A stretch of DNA of 64,000 nt from Rhodospirillaceae bacterium. GTDB taxonomy: Bacteria > Pseudomonadota > Alphaproteobacteria > Reyranellales > JAQSWP01. Position numbers and translations under genes: made by a program. The stretch is taken from the NCBI GenBank assembly GCA_040255215.1, contig JBDZUM010000004.1, forward strand, positions 4,093-68,092. The letters are read 5' to 3'. Position 1 is the stretch's first letter. Every line of letters starts with the position of its first letter. The notes beneath the pieces are model-generated. The model was not told the DNA's origin. It worked only from the letters and a program-made list of their open reading frames with translations, and made no database searches. Shown in pieces: positions 7,828 to 15,698 of this stretch.

Positions 7828-8372
7828 GCGGCCACCCCCTGCTGATCCTGTCGCACCAGAAGGCGCGGCCCCTGCGATGGGACGGCGAACAGCGAGCGGA
7901 TGCGCCGGGCAAGATCCCCGGTCTGGCAGATCAGCTCACCTTGCATCAGGGAGTAGGGCGGGCGGGTCCAGTCGATGATGCAGCAACCGTCGCAGCCGGA
8001 CCGCAACCAATCCAACGGCGTTGCCCAGACGTTCGTTTGCCCGTCAACGTACAAGTCGCGGTCTGCGATTTCCTCGCCAAGCACCCCGCACAGTTGCTTG
8101 ATGGCGACGGCTTCGCCCGGATCGCTCAGGCGCATGACCACCACGTCAACCACTTCGCCGCCCGCCATTTCCGGCAGCAAGATCACCGGGTCGCCGTTGC
8201 GGTCCCGGCGGATGGATTCGCCGTCACGGTGCGGCGCAGTCCCGAACGGAAAAATGCCCAGGCGTTCCCGTGCCGCCTTGATGGCCGGCATGTGTATGCT
8301 GTGACGTTCCAGCGCCAGCGCCGTTTCGGCCCCATTGCGCGCGACGGCTGCCGCCCATGCAGCGTTATCCAT
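7824..8372 (-). CDS. hypothetical protein of the replication module
   Basis: Start chosen at the ATG (MDNAAWAAAVARNG...), which overlaps the stop of the upstream 65-aa ORF by 8 nt (the track ORF extends to 8555). Its stop overlaps the ATPase start (ATGA). Confidence 0.5.
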   Translation of the reverse strand: MDNAAWAAAVARNGAETALALERHSIHMPAIKAARERLGIFPFGTAPHRDGESIRRDRNGDPVILLPEMAGGEVVDVVVMRLSDPGEAVAIKQLCGVLGEEIADRDLYVDGQTNVWATPLDWLRSGCDGCCIIDWTRPPYSLMQGELICQTGDLARRIRSLFAVPSQGPRLLVRQDQQGVAA

Positions 8373-8562
8373 GCCGCACCGCCGCGTAACGGTAAGTCCG
8401 CTCGGCGGGGGGAAGGGGAAGCCGCAGCATTCTGCAAAGGGAGGCCAGATCGCCGCCCCGGTTCCATGCCGGGCAGAACCAGCCAATGACGGCATTGCCC
8501 TCATGGCGCAGTTCAATGCCGCCTCGCTGGCGGAGACGGCGGACAAGATCGGCAACCGGCAT
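8365..8562 (-). CDS. hypothetical small protein
   Basis: 65 aa. Its ATG shares 1 nt with the stop of the HTH gene. Sequence MPVADLVRRLRQRGGIELRHEGNAVIGWFCPAWNRGG... Confidence 0.45.
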   Translation of the reverse strand: MPVADLVRRLRQRGGIELRHEGNAVIGWFCPAWNRGGDLASLCRMLRLPLPPAERTYRYAAVRHG

Positions 8563-8819
8563 CAGGCAGCCACCGCCTCGGCGGCTTTCGCCGTCAGATC
8601 GTCAAGGTAGCTGGCGGGAATGTAGATGCCGCGCGGCCCCACCCGCACATGCGGGATGCGACCCTCGGCAATCTCCCTGTAGACCGTGCGGAGCTGAATG
8701 CCCGACGCATCGGCAAACGCGCGGGGCTTAAGTAAACGGCGGCCCTCGCCAGCGGCGGCGATCACCCTGCGACCGCGCCGCGTATCCGCCTCAAAGCCCA
8801 AATCATTTGACATTGGCAC
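8562..8819 (-). CDS. excisionase/AlpA-type helix-turn-helix DNA-binding protein
   Basis: LLKPRAFADASGIQLRTVYREIAEGRIPHVRVGPRGIYIPASYLDDL fits the excisionase-family HTH_17 pattern. An alternative ATG start lies at 8813. Confidence 0.7.
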   Translation of the reverse strand: MPMSNDLGFEADTRRGRRVIAAAGEGRRLLKPRAFADASGIQLRTVYREIAEGRIPHVRVGPRGIYIPASYLDDLTAKAAEAVAA

Positions 8820-8937
8820 CTCGTAATCCTGTCAGGGAGCGGTACGATTACCGCTTGCCGTGGTGACACCACTACCATATTGTCTGTGACGGGGGTACGT
8901 GTTAGAGTCTATTTCGTAGTGTATTAAAGGTGTCGCC
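8820..8937. promoter_or_regulatory. divergent promoter/operator region of the element
   Basis: 118-nt A/T-richer spacer between divergent genes. Perfect palindromes CGGTAcgatTACCG (8840-8853) and TGGTGaCACCA (8861-8871). TATTAA hexamer at 8922-8927. Confidence 0.55.
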
Positions 8938-9561
8938 ATGACCAAGTCGAAAAAGAAGATCAGCAAGGCTGGTCGGAAAACCGGGCCTGACGGCCCGTTG
9001 TTGCCGCCACTTCAATTGCGGCTGCCGCCTGCTCTTAAGGAAAATCTTGAGCGGGAGATGAAGCGGCGCGCCATTGAGGAAAAGAATCCGAGATGGTCGC
9101 TGCCGGACGAAATCAGGCTGCAACTTTCGCGGCAGATTGAAACGCCAGATTACGAGGACGGGATGTCAGCCCCGAGCCGGGTACTCGGGGCGATGGCGGC
9201 AAATCTCGCTGACAAGGTCTCGGACGTGACGGAGCGCCCATGGTCCGTAGACAATTTTTCAAGGACCGTCTTGGAACATGCGTTCCGCGTTCTGCTGACT
9301 GTTCGATTCAAGGGGGAACCATATCCCGAAGCGGTTCCAGCGGCGGCATTAGATTGGGCGTCCGCTATGAGCATGCCGACACCCGATCCGGCATCTCCAA
9401 CATACGCAACAGACTTTGCCGCCGCGATTGGGCGCGATCTTGCGCTCTTCCTGCACCACCAGCTTTCGCATGAGCGGGTCCAGTCGGGGGCCGGGCCATA
9501 TGACCCGCACCTATACCGGGCGAAGCAACTGCTCGGGAAAATTGAGCGAGGCGACAAATGA
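8938..9561 (+). CDS. ribbon-helix-helix-like protein, candidate repressor or directionality factor
   Basis: 207 aa. The N-terminus LQLRLPPALKENLEREMKRRAIEE has the beta-strand plus helix pattern of Arc/CopG RHH domains. Its stop overlaps the integrase start (ATGA at 9558-9561). Confidence 0.45.
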   Translation: MTKSKKKISKAGRKTGPDGPLLPPLQLRLPPALKENLEREMKRRAIEEKNPRWSLPDEIRLQLSRQIETPDYEDGMSAPSRVLGAMAANLADKVSDVTERPWSVDNFSRTVLEHAFRVLLTVRFKGEPYPEAVPAAALDWASAMSMPTPDPASPTYATDFAAAIGRDLALFLHHQLSHERVQSGAGPYDPHLYRAKQLLGKIERGDK

Positions 9562-10733
9562 AAGGCCATATCAAGCAACGCGGCAAAGGCTCGTTCGCGG
9601 TCAAAATCTATCTCGGGCGCGATCCGATCACCGGCAAAGAGCGCAGCAAGTGGCACACGATCAAGACCACCAGCAAGCGCGCCGCCCAGAACGAGGCGGC
9701 GAAGATCATTGCCGCGATGAGTGAAGGCCGATACGTCGAGCCTTCCACCATGACCGTTGCGGCTTGGCTCGATAAATGGCTGACCGATCACGTCGCGCAC
9801 ACTGTCAGCCGTAAGAGCGCGGAACGCTACCGCGAGATTGTTGACGGGCATCTAAAGCCCGCGCTCGGCACCTACCGCCTGTCCAAGCTGGCACCGGTCC
9901 ATATCAAGGGCTATCTCGCCACGGCGTTGACGGAAGGCCGGAAGGATAAGAAGGGCGGTCTATCGCCCCTGAGCGTTCGCCATAACTTGCGCGTCCTGTC
10001 CAATGCCATGCGGCAGGCGGTCAAGCTGCGGCTGATCCACGTCAACCCGTGTGGCGACGTTGACGCCCCGCGCGTCGAGCGGCACGAAATGGCGACCGTC
10101 ACCCCGGATCAGTCCGGCCGGCTGATTGCCGCCGCATGGGATGCGCCGCATCCGCTGCTGGGCATCGTGGTATCGCTCGCCCTCACCACCGGGATGCGTC
10201 GCGGCGAAATCCTCGGGCTGCGCTGGCAGGACGTTGATCTAGACGCTGCCAAGCTGGCCGTCCGGCAGTCGCTGGAACAGACGCGGGACGGGCTGGCGTT
10301 CAAGGCTCCCAAGACGGCCAAGGGCCGGCGCACCATCAGCCTTCCGGGCGAAGCCATTGACGCCCTGCGGCGGCACAAGGCCAGCCAGGCGGCGATGCGG
10401 CTACAGCTTGGCCGCGACTATGCCGACCATGACCTTGTGTGCGCTCAGTGGAACGGCGAGCCTGCATCCCCTCGCGCCGTTACCAAGGCGTTCGCCGCCC
10501 TCGCTGCCAAGATGAAACTCCCGGTCAGGCTGCACGATCTGCGGCACTCCCACATCTCGCACTTGCTGGCGCTGGGGGTGCATCCCAAGGTCGCCAGCGA
10601 GCGGGCGGGCCATGCCAACATCAGCATAACGATGGACGTTTACTCGCACGTCATGCCCGGCCTGCAGGACGAAGCCGCGCAACAGATCGATGCGCTGTTG
10701 AAGGCGAGCAAGGCGAAGGCGTCGCAGGAATGA
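9558..10733 (+). CDS. int: tyrosine-type site-specific integrase
   Basis: 391 aa. N-terminal arm-type domain (MKGHIKQRGKGSFAVKIYLGRDPITGKER). Catalytic signature RRGEILGLRWQDVDL, HDLRHSHISHLL and ITMDVYSHV. Confidence 0.93.
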   Translation: MKGHIKQRGKGSFAVKIYLGRDPITGKERSKWHTIKTTSKRAAQNEAAKIIAAMSEGRYVEPSTMTVAAWLDKWLTDHVAHTVSRKSAERYREIVDGHLKPALGTYRLSKLAPVHIKGYLATALTEGRKDKKGGLSPLSVRHNLRVLSNAMRQAVKLRLIHVNPCGDVDAPRVERHEMATVTPDQSGRLIAAAWDAPHPLLGIVVSLALTTGMRRGEILGLRWQDVDLDAAKLAVRQSLEQTRDGLAFKAPKTAKGRRTISLPGEAIDALRRHKASQAAMRLQLGRDYADHDLVCAQWNGEPASPRAVTKAFAALAAKMKLPVRLHDLRHSHISHLLALGVHPKVASERAGHANISITMDVYSHVMPGLQDEAAQQIDALLKASKAKASQE

Positions 10734-10819
10734 TTGGAGAACGCATCCGGTTGCAATCCGGTAGCAAGTCGGGGTATGTCCCGGCACCGCTGCCGCGCAA
10801 GCAATTGGAAAACAACGCA

Positions 10820-10909
10820 GGATGGGTGGCCGAGCGGTTTAAGGCACCGGTCTTGAAAACCGGCGTGCCCGCAAGGGCACCGTGGGTTCGAATCCCACCC
10901 CATCCGCCA
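10820..10909 (+). tRNA. tRNA-Ser (anticodon UGA)
   Basis: Hand-folded cloverleaf. Acceptor stem GGATGGG/CCCATCC, anticodon stem CCGGT/ACCGG with loop CTTGAAA, long variable arm GTGCCC/GGGCAC, T arm GTGGG-TTCGAAT-CCCAC, and an encoded CCA. Confidence 0.93.
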
Positions 10910-10953
10910 CGCGGGCTGCCGCCCCAGAATCTCCACAAGTCGATGCTGCGATC

Positions 10954-10993
10954 CGCAAAACGGCGAACCGCGCCCGATCTCGCGCGTTTTGCG
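10954..10993. repeat. imperfect long inverted repeat (hairpin) downstream of the tRNA
   Basis: CGCAAAACG (10954-10962) pairs with CGTTTTGCG (10985-10993), and an inner GCGA pairs with TCGC. There is no U-tract, so the function is unknown. Confidence 0.5.
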
Positions 10994-11019
10994 CCAGCCA
11001 CGACCGGAGAACGCGCATC

Positions 11020-11535
11020 ATGAGAAATCGGCTTGTCCTGCTGGCGTTGCTGGCGCCGATCGCCGCCTGCACGCAGTTCGCGGCCCCGGAAGAAAAGGGC
11101 GTCTATACGATCCGCGAGCCGTTCGATCCCAAGGATTTCGCCTGGTCGATGAACCAGGGCTCGGCCTCGATTGCCGGGCGCGCGATGCTCAAGGGCAGCG
11201 ACGGCAAGCTGCGCACCTGCGCCGGCAATCTGGTGGCGCTGACGGCCGACAACGCCTATTCGCGCGAAGGCGCCGCCGCCGCCAAGACCCACAAATACAG
11301 CCGCATCGAGCGCGACCCGCGCTACAGCCAGTACCGGCGCGTCACGACTTGCGATTCGACCGGCCGCTTCGCCTTCCGCCATCTGCCGCACGGCAACTGG
11401 GGCATCGGCACGCGCGTCGAATGGGAGGAGCGGGGACCGGAGGGACGTGTGGTGCGCGGCGGGCCGCTCGGCAAGACGTTCCGGCTGAAGGTCGGCGAGA
11501 CGGCGACCGTCGTGCTCGACGAGGACGATCTCTAG
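11020..11535 (+). CDS. lipoprotein of unknown function
   Basis: The ATG at 11020 gives MRNRLVLLALLAPIAAC with a lipobox (IAAC). The track ORF starts earlier, inside the tRNA. Confidence 0.65.
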   Translation: MRNRLVLLALLAPIAACTQFAAPEEKGVYTIREPFDPKDFAWSMNQGSASIAGRAMLKGSDGKLRTCAGNLVALTADNAYSREGAAAAKTHKYSRIERDPRYSQYRRVTTCDSTGRFAFRHLPHGNWGIGTRVEWEERGPEGRVVRGGPLGKTFRLKVGETATVVLDEDDL

Positions 11536-11550
11536 TCTCTTGGTCGGCCA

Positions 11551-11928
11551 CTACTGCTTCTTCAGCGGCCCGCCGAAATTGCAATAGCCGCGCAGCTTGA
11601 TCTCGGGGCTGGCGCCGACCGAACCGCTGACATTCATGTCGGCCGGGCCGATGTCGATCTTGCCGGCGAAACTGCCATCGGCGCCCACCGGCAGCTCGAA
11701 GGGACGCACGACGCGATCCTTCTGCTGCCACCAGCCCTTGGCCATGCCGCCCTCGACGACGAACTCGATATGCATGCCGTAGGTGAAGCATTTGGAATAG
11801 GTGCCGGTGCCGTAACCGTCCCAGGTGTACTTGTCGGCCGCCGCCGCCGCAGTAACGCAGGCGCTGGAGAGAACGAAGACAGAGAGCAGGGTGGCAAGAC
11901 GCATGCGGGGGTACTCCTGTTGCTTCAT
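11551..11928 (-). CDS. small exported protein
   Basis: Signal-like segment MRLATLLSVFVLSSACVTAAAAA. Its start overlaps the stop of the cytochrome c gene (ATGA at 11925-11928). Confidence 0.6.
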   Translation of the reverse strand: MKQQEYPRMRLATLLSVFVLSSACVTAAAAADKYTWDGYGTGTYSKCFTYGMHIEFVVEGGMAKGWWQQKDRVVRPFELPVGADGSFAGKIDIGPADMNVSGSVGASPEIKLRGYCNFGGPLKKQ

Positions 11929-12758
11929 GGCCGACGTCGCTCGCTCATGTGCTTCAGATAGGCGAGGAGCTGGTCGAGTTCGGCGTCGCTCAGCGTCTCG
12001 GGCGCGAAGCCCGGCATCTTCTGGTCCGGCCAGTGGCGCACCGAGGCGGGATCGCGCAGATAGCGGCGCAGGGCAGCCGGCTGGAAATACTCGACCGGGT
12101 TCATCGGCTTGTTGAGATCAGGCCCAAGTGCGGAGCCGCCGCCACCATCGATCCTGTGGCAGGCAATGCAATGCTTGACGAACATCGCCTCGCCGGCACG
12201 GGCCGGATGGTCTTGCGCCAGGCCCGATGCGACGGCGATCTGCGGCCAGCGCTGTTGCGGCGTTTGCGCCAGCGTCAGCGACGCCAGCTGATAGGGCCAT
12301 TGCTCGGGGCCGATGCCGTCGGCCGCGGGATTCTCCCACACGAGATAAAATGGACCGGCCGTGGCCTGCTTGCCGGGCAGCTTCGGCCATGGCGCCGTTT
12401 CCGGTTCGATCGCGACGAAGGCCCGGGCACGGCCACGGCCCAGCGCCGGACCGAGCGGCACCTGGGCGACGAACCCGTCCAACGCCGTCGCCTCGAGCAC
12501 GCCCTCCGCCGGCAGGTCGAAACCCTGCAGCAACGCCACCAGCGGCACGGCGCGATAGCGCATGGCGCGGCCATAGGCGACGTCGCGGGGAATCTCGATC
12601 TCCTGCGCCTGCGGGTGCTTCAGCAGGGCATCGCGCGACAGCGTCGCGGTGCGATCGCCGAGGCGCAGCGTCAGCTCGGCCGCGACGCCGGAGCGGGTCG
12701 CCAGCGCGACGGCGATCGCCAGCAGGGCGGCAAGCAGAGGCAACCGCGATATCGGCAT
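11925..12758 (-). CDS. exported c-type cytochrome fusion protein
   Basis: Signal peptide, a roughly 170-aa N-terminal domain, then haem-binding CIACH with a downstream Met (DQKMPGF). Confidence 0.75.
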   Translation of the reverse strand: MPISRLPLLAALLAIAVALATRSGVAAELTLRLGDRTATLSRDALLKHPQAQEIEIPRDVAYGRAMRYRAVPLVALLQGFDLPAEGVLEATALDGFVAQVPLGPALGRGRARAFVAIEPETAPWPKLPGKQATAGPFYLVWENPAADGIGPEQWPYQLASLTLAQTPQQRWPQIAVASGLAQDHPARAGEAMFVKHCIACHRIDGGGGSALGPDLNKPMNPVEYFQPAALRRYLRDPASVRHWPDQKMPGFAPETLSDAELDQLLAYLKHMSERRRP

Positions 12759-12834
12759 GGCTGCATCATGCCGTTACTACCGCGCTGCAACAAGCGTTGC
12801 TGGCGCTGGCGATGCGATACGCTAATCTCGCCTC

Positions 12835-13629
12835 ATGTTCGAGCTCGGCAAGATTCTCTGGATGATCGTGGCGCCGGCCAATCTGCTGGTCGTCGCGCTG
12901 GTGCTCGCCTGGCTGCTGCTGCGCCGGCGGGCGGGGCGCTGGGGCGGCCGGCTGCTGGCCTGCCTGGCAATCCTCGGCGTGCTGATCGCCGCGACGCCGC
13001 TCGGCAGCCTGCCGCTGATGGCGCTGGAGAACCGCTTCGAGCGGCCATCGGTGATGCCGGCGCGGGTGGACGGCATCGTCATTCTCGGCGGCGGGCTGAT
13101 GCCGCTGCTCAGCCTGTCGCGCGACGAGCCGGTGATGCTGGCCAGCGGCTCGGTGCGTCTGGCCGCGTTCGCCGACCTGTCGCGCCGCTATCCGGAAGCG
13201 CGCCTGATCTTCTCCGGCGGCTCGGGCAGCCTGTTCAGCCCGTCGCTGAGCGAAGCGGCGATCGCGCGCATCGCGCTGGAACGCATGGGCGTCGACGTCG
13301 AACGCATCCGTTTCGAGGATCGCTCGCGCAACACCGAGGAGAACGCGCGCTACAGCCGGGAGGCGATGCGTCCGGCCAAGGGCGAGAAATGGCTGCTGGT
13401 GACGTCGGCCAGCCACATGCCGCGCGCCGTCGGCGCCTTTCGCGCCCAGCAATGGGACGTCATCGCCTATCCGGTAGGCTACGTCACCAGCAGCGACCTG
13501 CTCGACGGCTGGGGCTTCGATTTCCTGGGCGGGCTGGCGGCGCTTCAGACCGGCCTGCGCGAATGGATCGGCCTGCTGGCCTATTACGCCGCTGGCCACA
13601 CCGAGTCTCTCTATCCGGGGCCGCCATGA
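12835..13629 (+). CDS. YdcF/ElyC (DUF218) family protein
   Basis: N-terminal TM helices, then VDGIVILGGG, FSGGSG and RNTEENA, typical of DUF218. Confidence 0.8.
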   Translation: MFELGKILWMIVAPANLLVVALVLAWLLLRRRAGRWGGRLLACLAILGVLIAATPLGSLPLMALENRFERPSVMPARVDGIVILGGGLMPLLSLSRDEPVMLASGSVRLAAFADLSRRYPEARLIFSGGSGSLFSPSLSEAAIARIALERMGVDVERIRFEDRSRNTEENARYSREAMRPAKGEKWLLVTSASHMPRAVGAFRAQQWDVIAYPVGYVTSSDLLDGWGFDFLGGLAALQTGLREWIGLLAYYAAGHTESLYPGPP

Positions 13630-14603
13630 CGATAACAATCCATCGCCGGCGCCTGCTGCCGATCCTGTGCGCCGTATTCATGGCCGCCGGCAGCCAGGCC
13701 GCACTGGCCGATGCCGCCTTCGATCGCTGGGTGCGCCAGTTCCGCAGCGAGGCGACGCGACAGGGCGTGCCGGCGGCCACGTTCGACGCGGCCTTCGCCG
13801 GTGTCGAGAAGCTGCCGCGCGTCATAGAACTCTACGAGCGGCAGCCTGAAACCAAGCTCGATTTCGAGCGCTATCTCGCCATCGTGGCACCGCCGGCGCG
13901 CATCGAACGCGGTCGCGCGCTGCTGCGCGAGAACCGGGCGCTGCTCGACGAGATCGGCGCGCAATATGGCGTGCCGGCGCGGCTGATCGTGGCCCTGTGG
14001 GGCGTCGAAAGCGATTTCGGCCGCCGCCAGGGCGACTACTCGGTCGTCGCTGCGCTGGCGACGCTGGTCCAGGCCAACAAGCGCGCCTCGTTCTTCAAGC
14101 AGGAGCTGATCGCCGCGCTGAAGATCATCGATCAGGGCCATGCGCCGCCCGGCGGACTCACGGGCTCCTGGGCCGGCGCGCTCGGCCAGTGCCAGTTCAT
14201 GCCGTCGAACTTCCTGCGCCTGACGGTCGACCATGACGGCGACGGCCGCCGCGACATCTGGGCCAGCCGCCCGGACGTCTTCGCCTCGATCGCCAACTAC
14301 ATGCGCCGGGTGAACTGGCGCACCGGCCAGAGCTGGGGCAGGGAGGTGTCGCTGCCGGTGGGCTTCAACGCCAGGGCGAACCGCAATGCCAAGCGCAGTC
14401 TCGACCAATGGCAGAAGCTGGGCGTGCGCCGGCTCGACGGCAGCGATCTGCCGGACGCCAAACTGACGGCACAGATGGTGGTGCCGCAGGGCAGCGAGCG
14501 GGCATTTCTCGTCTACGACAATTATCGCGCCATACTGGCGTGGAACCGCTCGACCTTTTTCGCGCTCGGCGTGGGCCATCTGATGGATGCCATTGAGGAT
14601 TGA
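13626..14603 (+). CDS. lytic murein transglycosylase (MltB family)
   Basis: The ATG at 13626 overlaps the upstream stop (ATGA). Contains ALWGVESDFG and GALGQCQFMPSNF. It forms the last part of the 884-aa track ORF. Confidence 0.88.
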   Translation: MTITIHRRRLLPILCAVFMAAGSQAALADAAFDRWVRQFRSEATRQGVPAATFDAAFAGVEKLPRVIELYERQPETKLDFERYLAIVAPPARIERGRALLRENRALLDEIGAQYGVPARLIVALWGVESDFGRRQGDYSVVAALATLVQANKRASFFKQELIAALKIIDQGHAPPGGLTGSWAGALGQCQFMPSNFLRLTVDHDGDGRRDIWASRPDVFASIANYMRRVNWRTGQSWGREVSLPVGFNARANRNAKRSLDQWQKLGVRRLDGSDLPDAKLTAQMVVPQGSERAFLVYDNYRAILAWNRSTFFALGVGHLMDAIED

Positions 14604-14660
14604 TTTTCAACAACATATGTGGTTCTACTAATCTTCAGACACAAGATTTCGTCGGTACGA

Positions 14661-15647
14661 ATGCGCAAGTCAATCCGCATCGGTTGGGTTCTGGCAAGCA
14701 GCGCGGCGCTGGCCCTGACCCTGTCCGCCTGCGGTTCGGGTCCGCAGGGCAAGCCGACTGCCCGCAGTCCCGACGACGGGCGCGGCAGCTACAAGGTCGG
14801 GCGCGCCTACAACATCGACGGCAAGACCTACTATCCGGCCGAGAACTGGGCCTATGACGAAGTCGGCATCGCGTCCTGGTATGGGCCTGGCTTCCACGGC
14901 AAGCAGACGGCGAGCGGCGAGCGCTTCGACGAAAACGGCATCAGCGCCGCCCATCCGACCCTGCCGCTGCCGTCGATCGTGCGCGTCACCAATCTCGACA
15001 ACGGCCAGCAGGTCGTCGCGCGGGTCAACGATCGCGGTCCTTTTGCGCATAGCCGCATCATCGATCTCTCCAAGGGCGCGGCGCGCGAGATCGGGCTGCA
15101 TATATCGGGTACGGCCAAGGTGCGCGTGCAGCTGCTGACCCGCGAGAGCGAGATCGTCAAGCAGGTCGCTTTGCAGGGCGGCAACCGCGACGAACAGATG
15201 GCGGCGATCGCAGGGATGGACAGCGGCGGCACGGCAGTCGCCAGCGCGCCGGTCTATGCGCAGCCGGTCGTGCAGAGCGCGCCGGTGCAGGCCGCACCGC
15301 TGCCGCCGGTGCCGGTGCAGAAGACCTATCCGCTCGAGGCGCAGCCGGCGCCGCCGGTGCAGCTCGTCAGGCCGGTGCCGGTTCATGCCGGCTCGACCGG
15401 CGTCGTCGCCGCCTCGTCCTATCCGATCTACGTCCAGGCCGGGGCCTTCTCGCAGGCCGAGAATGCCGAGCGTCTGCGGGCGCAGCTCTCCAGCCTGGGC
15501 GAGACGCATGTCATGCAGACTTCGGTCAGCGGCCGCGATTTCTACCGCGTGCGGATCGGACCGATGGTCAGCCTGGAAGCGGCCGACAATGTCCGCTGGC
15601 AGGTGATCGCCGCCGGCTATGGCGACGCGCGGGTGGTCAGCGACTGA
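14661..15647 (+). CDS. rlpA: septal ring lytic transglycosylase RlpA with C-terminal SPOR domain
   Basis: Lipoprotein signal ALTLSAC. DPBB core IASWYGPGFHGKQTASGERFD...VRVTNLDNGQQVVARVNDRGPF. SPOR-like C-terminus (YVQAGAFSQAENAERLRAQL). Confidence 0.9.
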   Translation: MRKSIRIGWVLASSAALALTLSACGSGPQGKPTARSPDDGRGSYKVGRAYNIDGKTYYPAENWAYDEVGIASWYGPGFHGKQTASGERFDENGISAAHPTLPLPSIVRVTNLDNGQQVVARVNDRGPFAHSRIIDLSKGAAREIGLHISGTAKVRVQLLTRESEIVKQVALQGGNRDEQMAAIAGMDSGGTAVASAPVYAQPVVQSAPVQAAPLPPVPVQKTYPLEAQPAPPVQLVRPVPVHAGSTGVVAASSYPIYVQAGAFSQAENAERLRAQLSSLGETHVMQTSVSGRDFYRVRIGPMVSLEAADNVRWQVIAAGYGDARVVSD

Positions 15648-15698
15648 CCCGGCGCCGCTCCGGCGGCCGAACAACGACACGATTTGGAGGAGGTGCCT

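Larger units (their letters stand above)
1..10733. mobile_element. integrated phage-derived element (temperate prophage or phage satellite), right end only; left end lies outside the window
   Basis: Contains a tyrosine integrase, excisionase-type HTH, RepA-like ATPase, and small and large terminase genes. Hand counts of single lines give about 57-62% G+C, lower than the flanking chromosome. It ends next to tRNA-Ser. Confidence 0.85.

Noticed and set aside
8365-8460. A possible +1 frameshift at the C6 run (the plus strand has G6 at about 8405-8412) that would fuse the 65-aa ORF (8365-8562) to the 243-aa track ORF (7824-8555).
   Set aside because: A simpler reading exists. An ATG at 8372 (MDNAAW...) overlaps the 65-aa ORF stop by 8 nt, giving two coupled genes like every other junction in this operon. 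The upstream part of the 243-aa frame merely overlaps the better-placed 65-aa ORF.
10745-10795. A tRNA-like stem-loop, CCGG-TTGCAAT-CCGG (which would be anticodon GCA), between int and tRNA-Ser. It might have been a tRNA fragment or att remnant.
   Set aside because: Only a 4-bp stem forms. No acceptor, D or T arms can be folded around it. The similarity is no more than a short palindrome.
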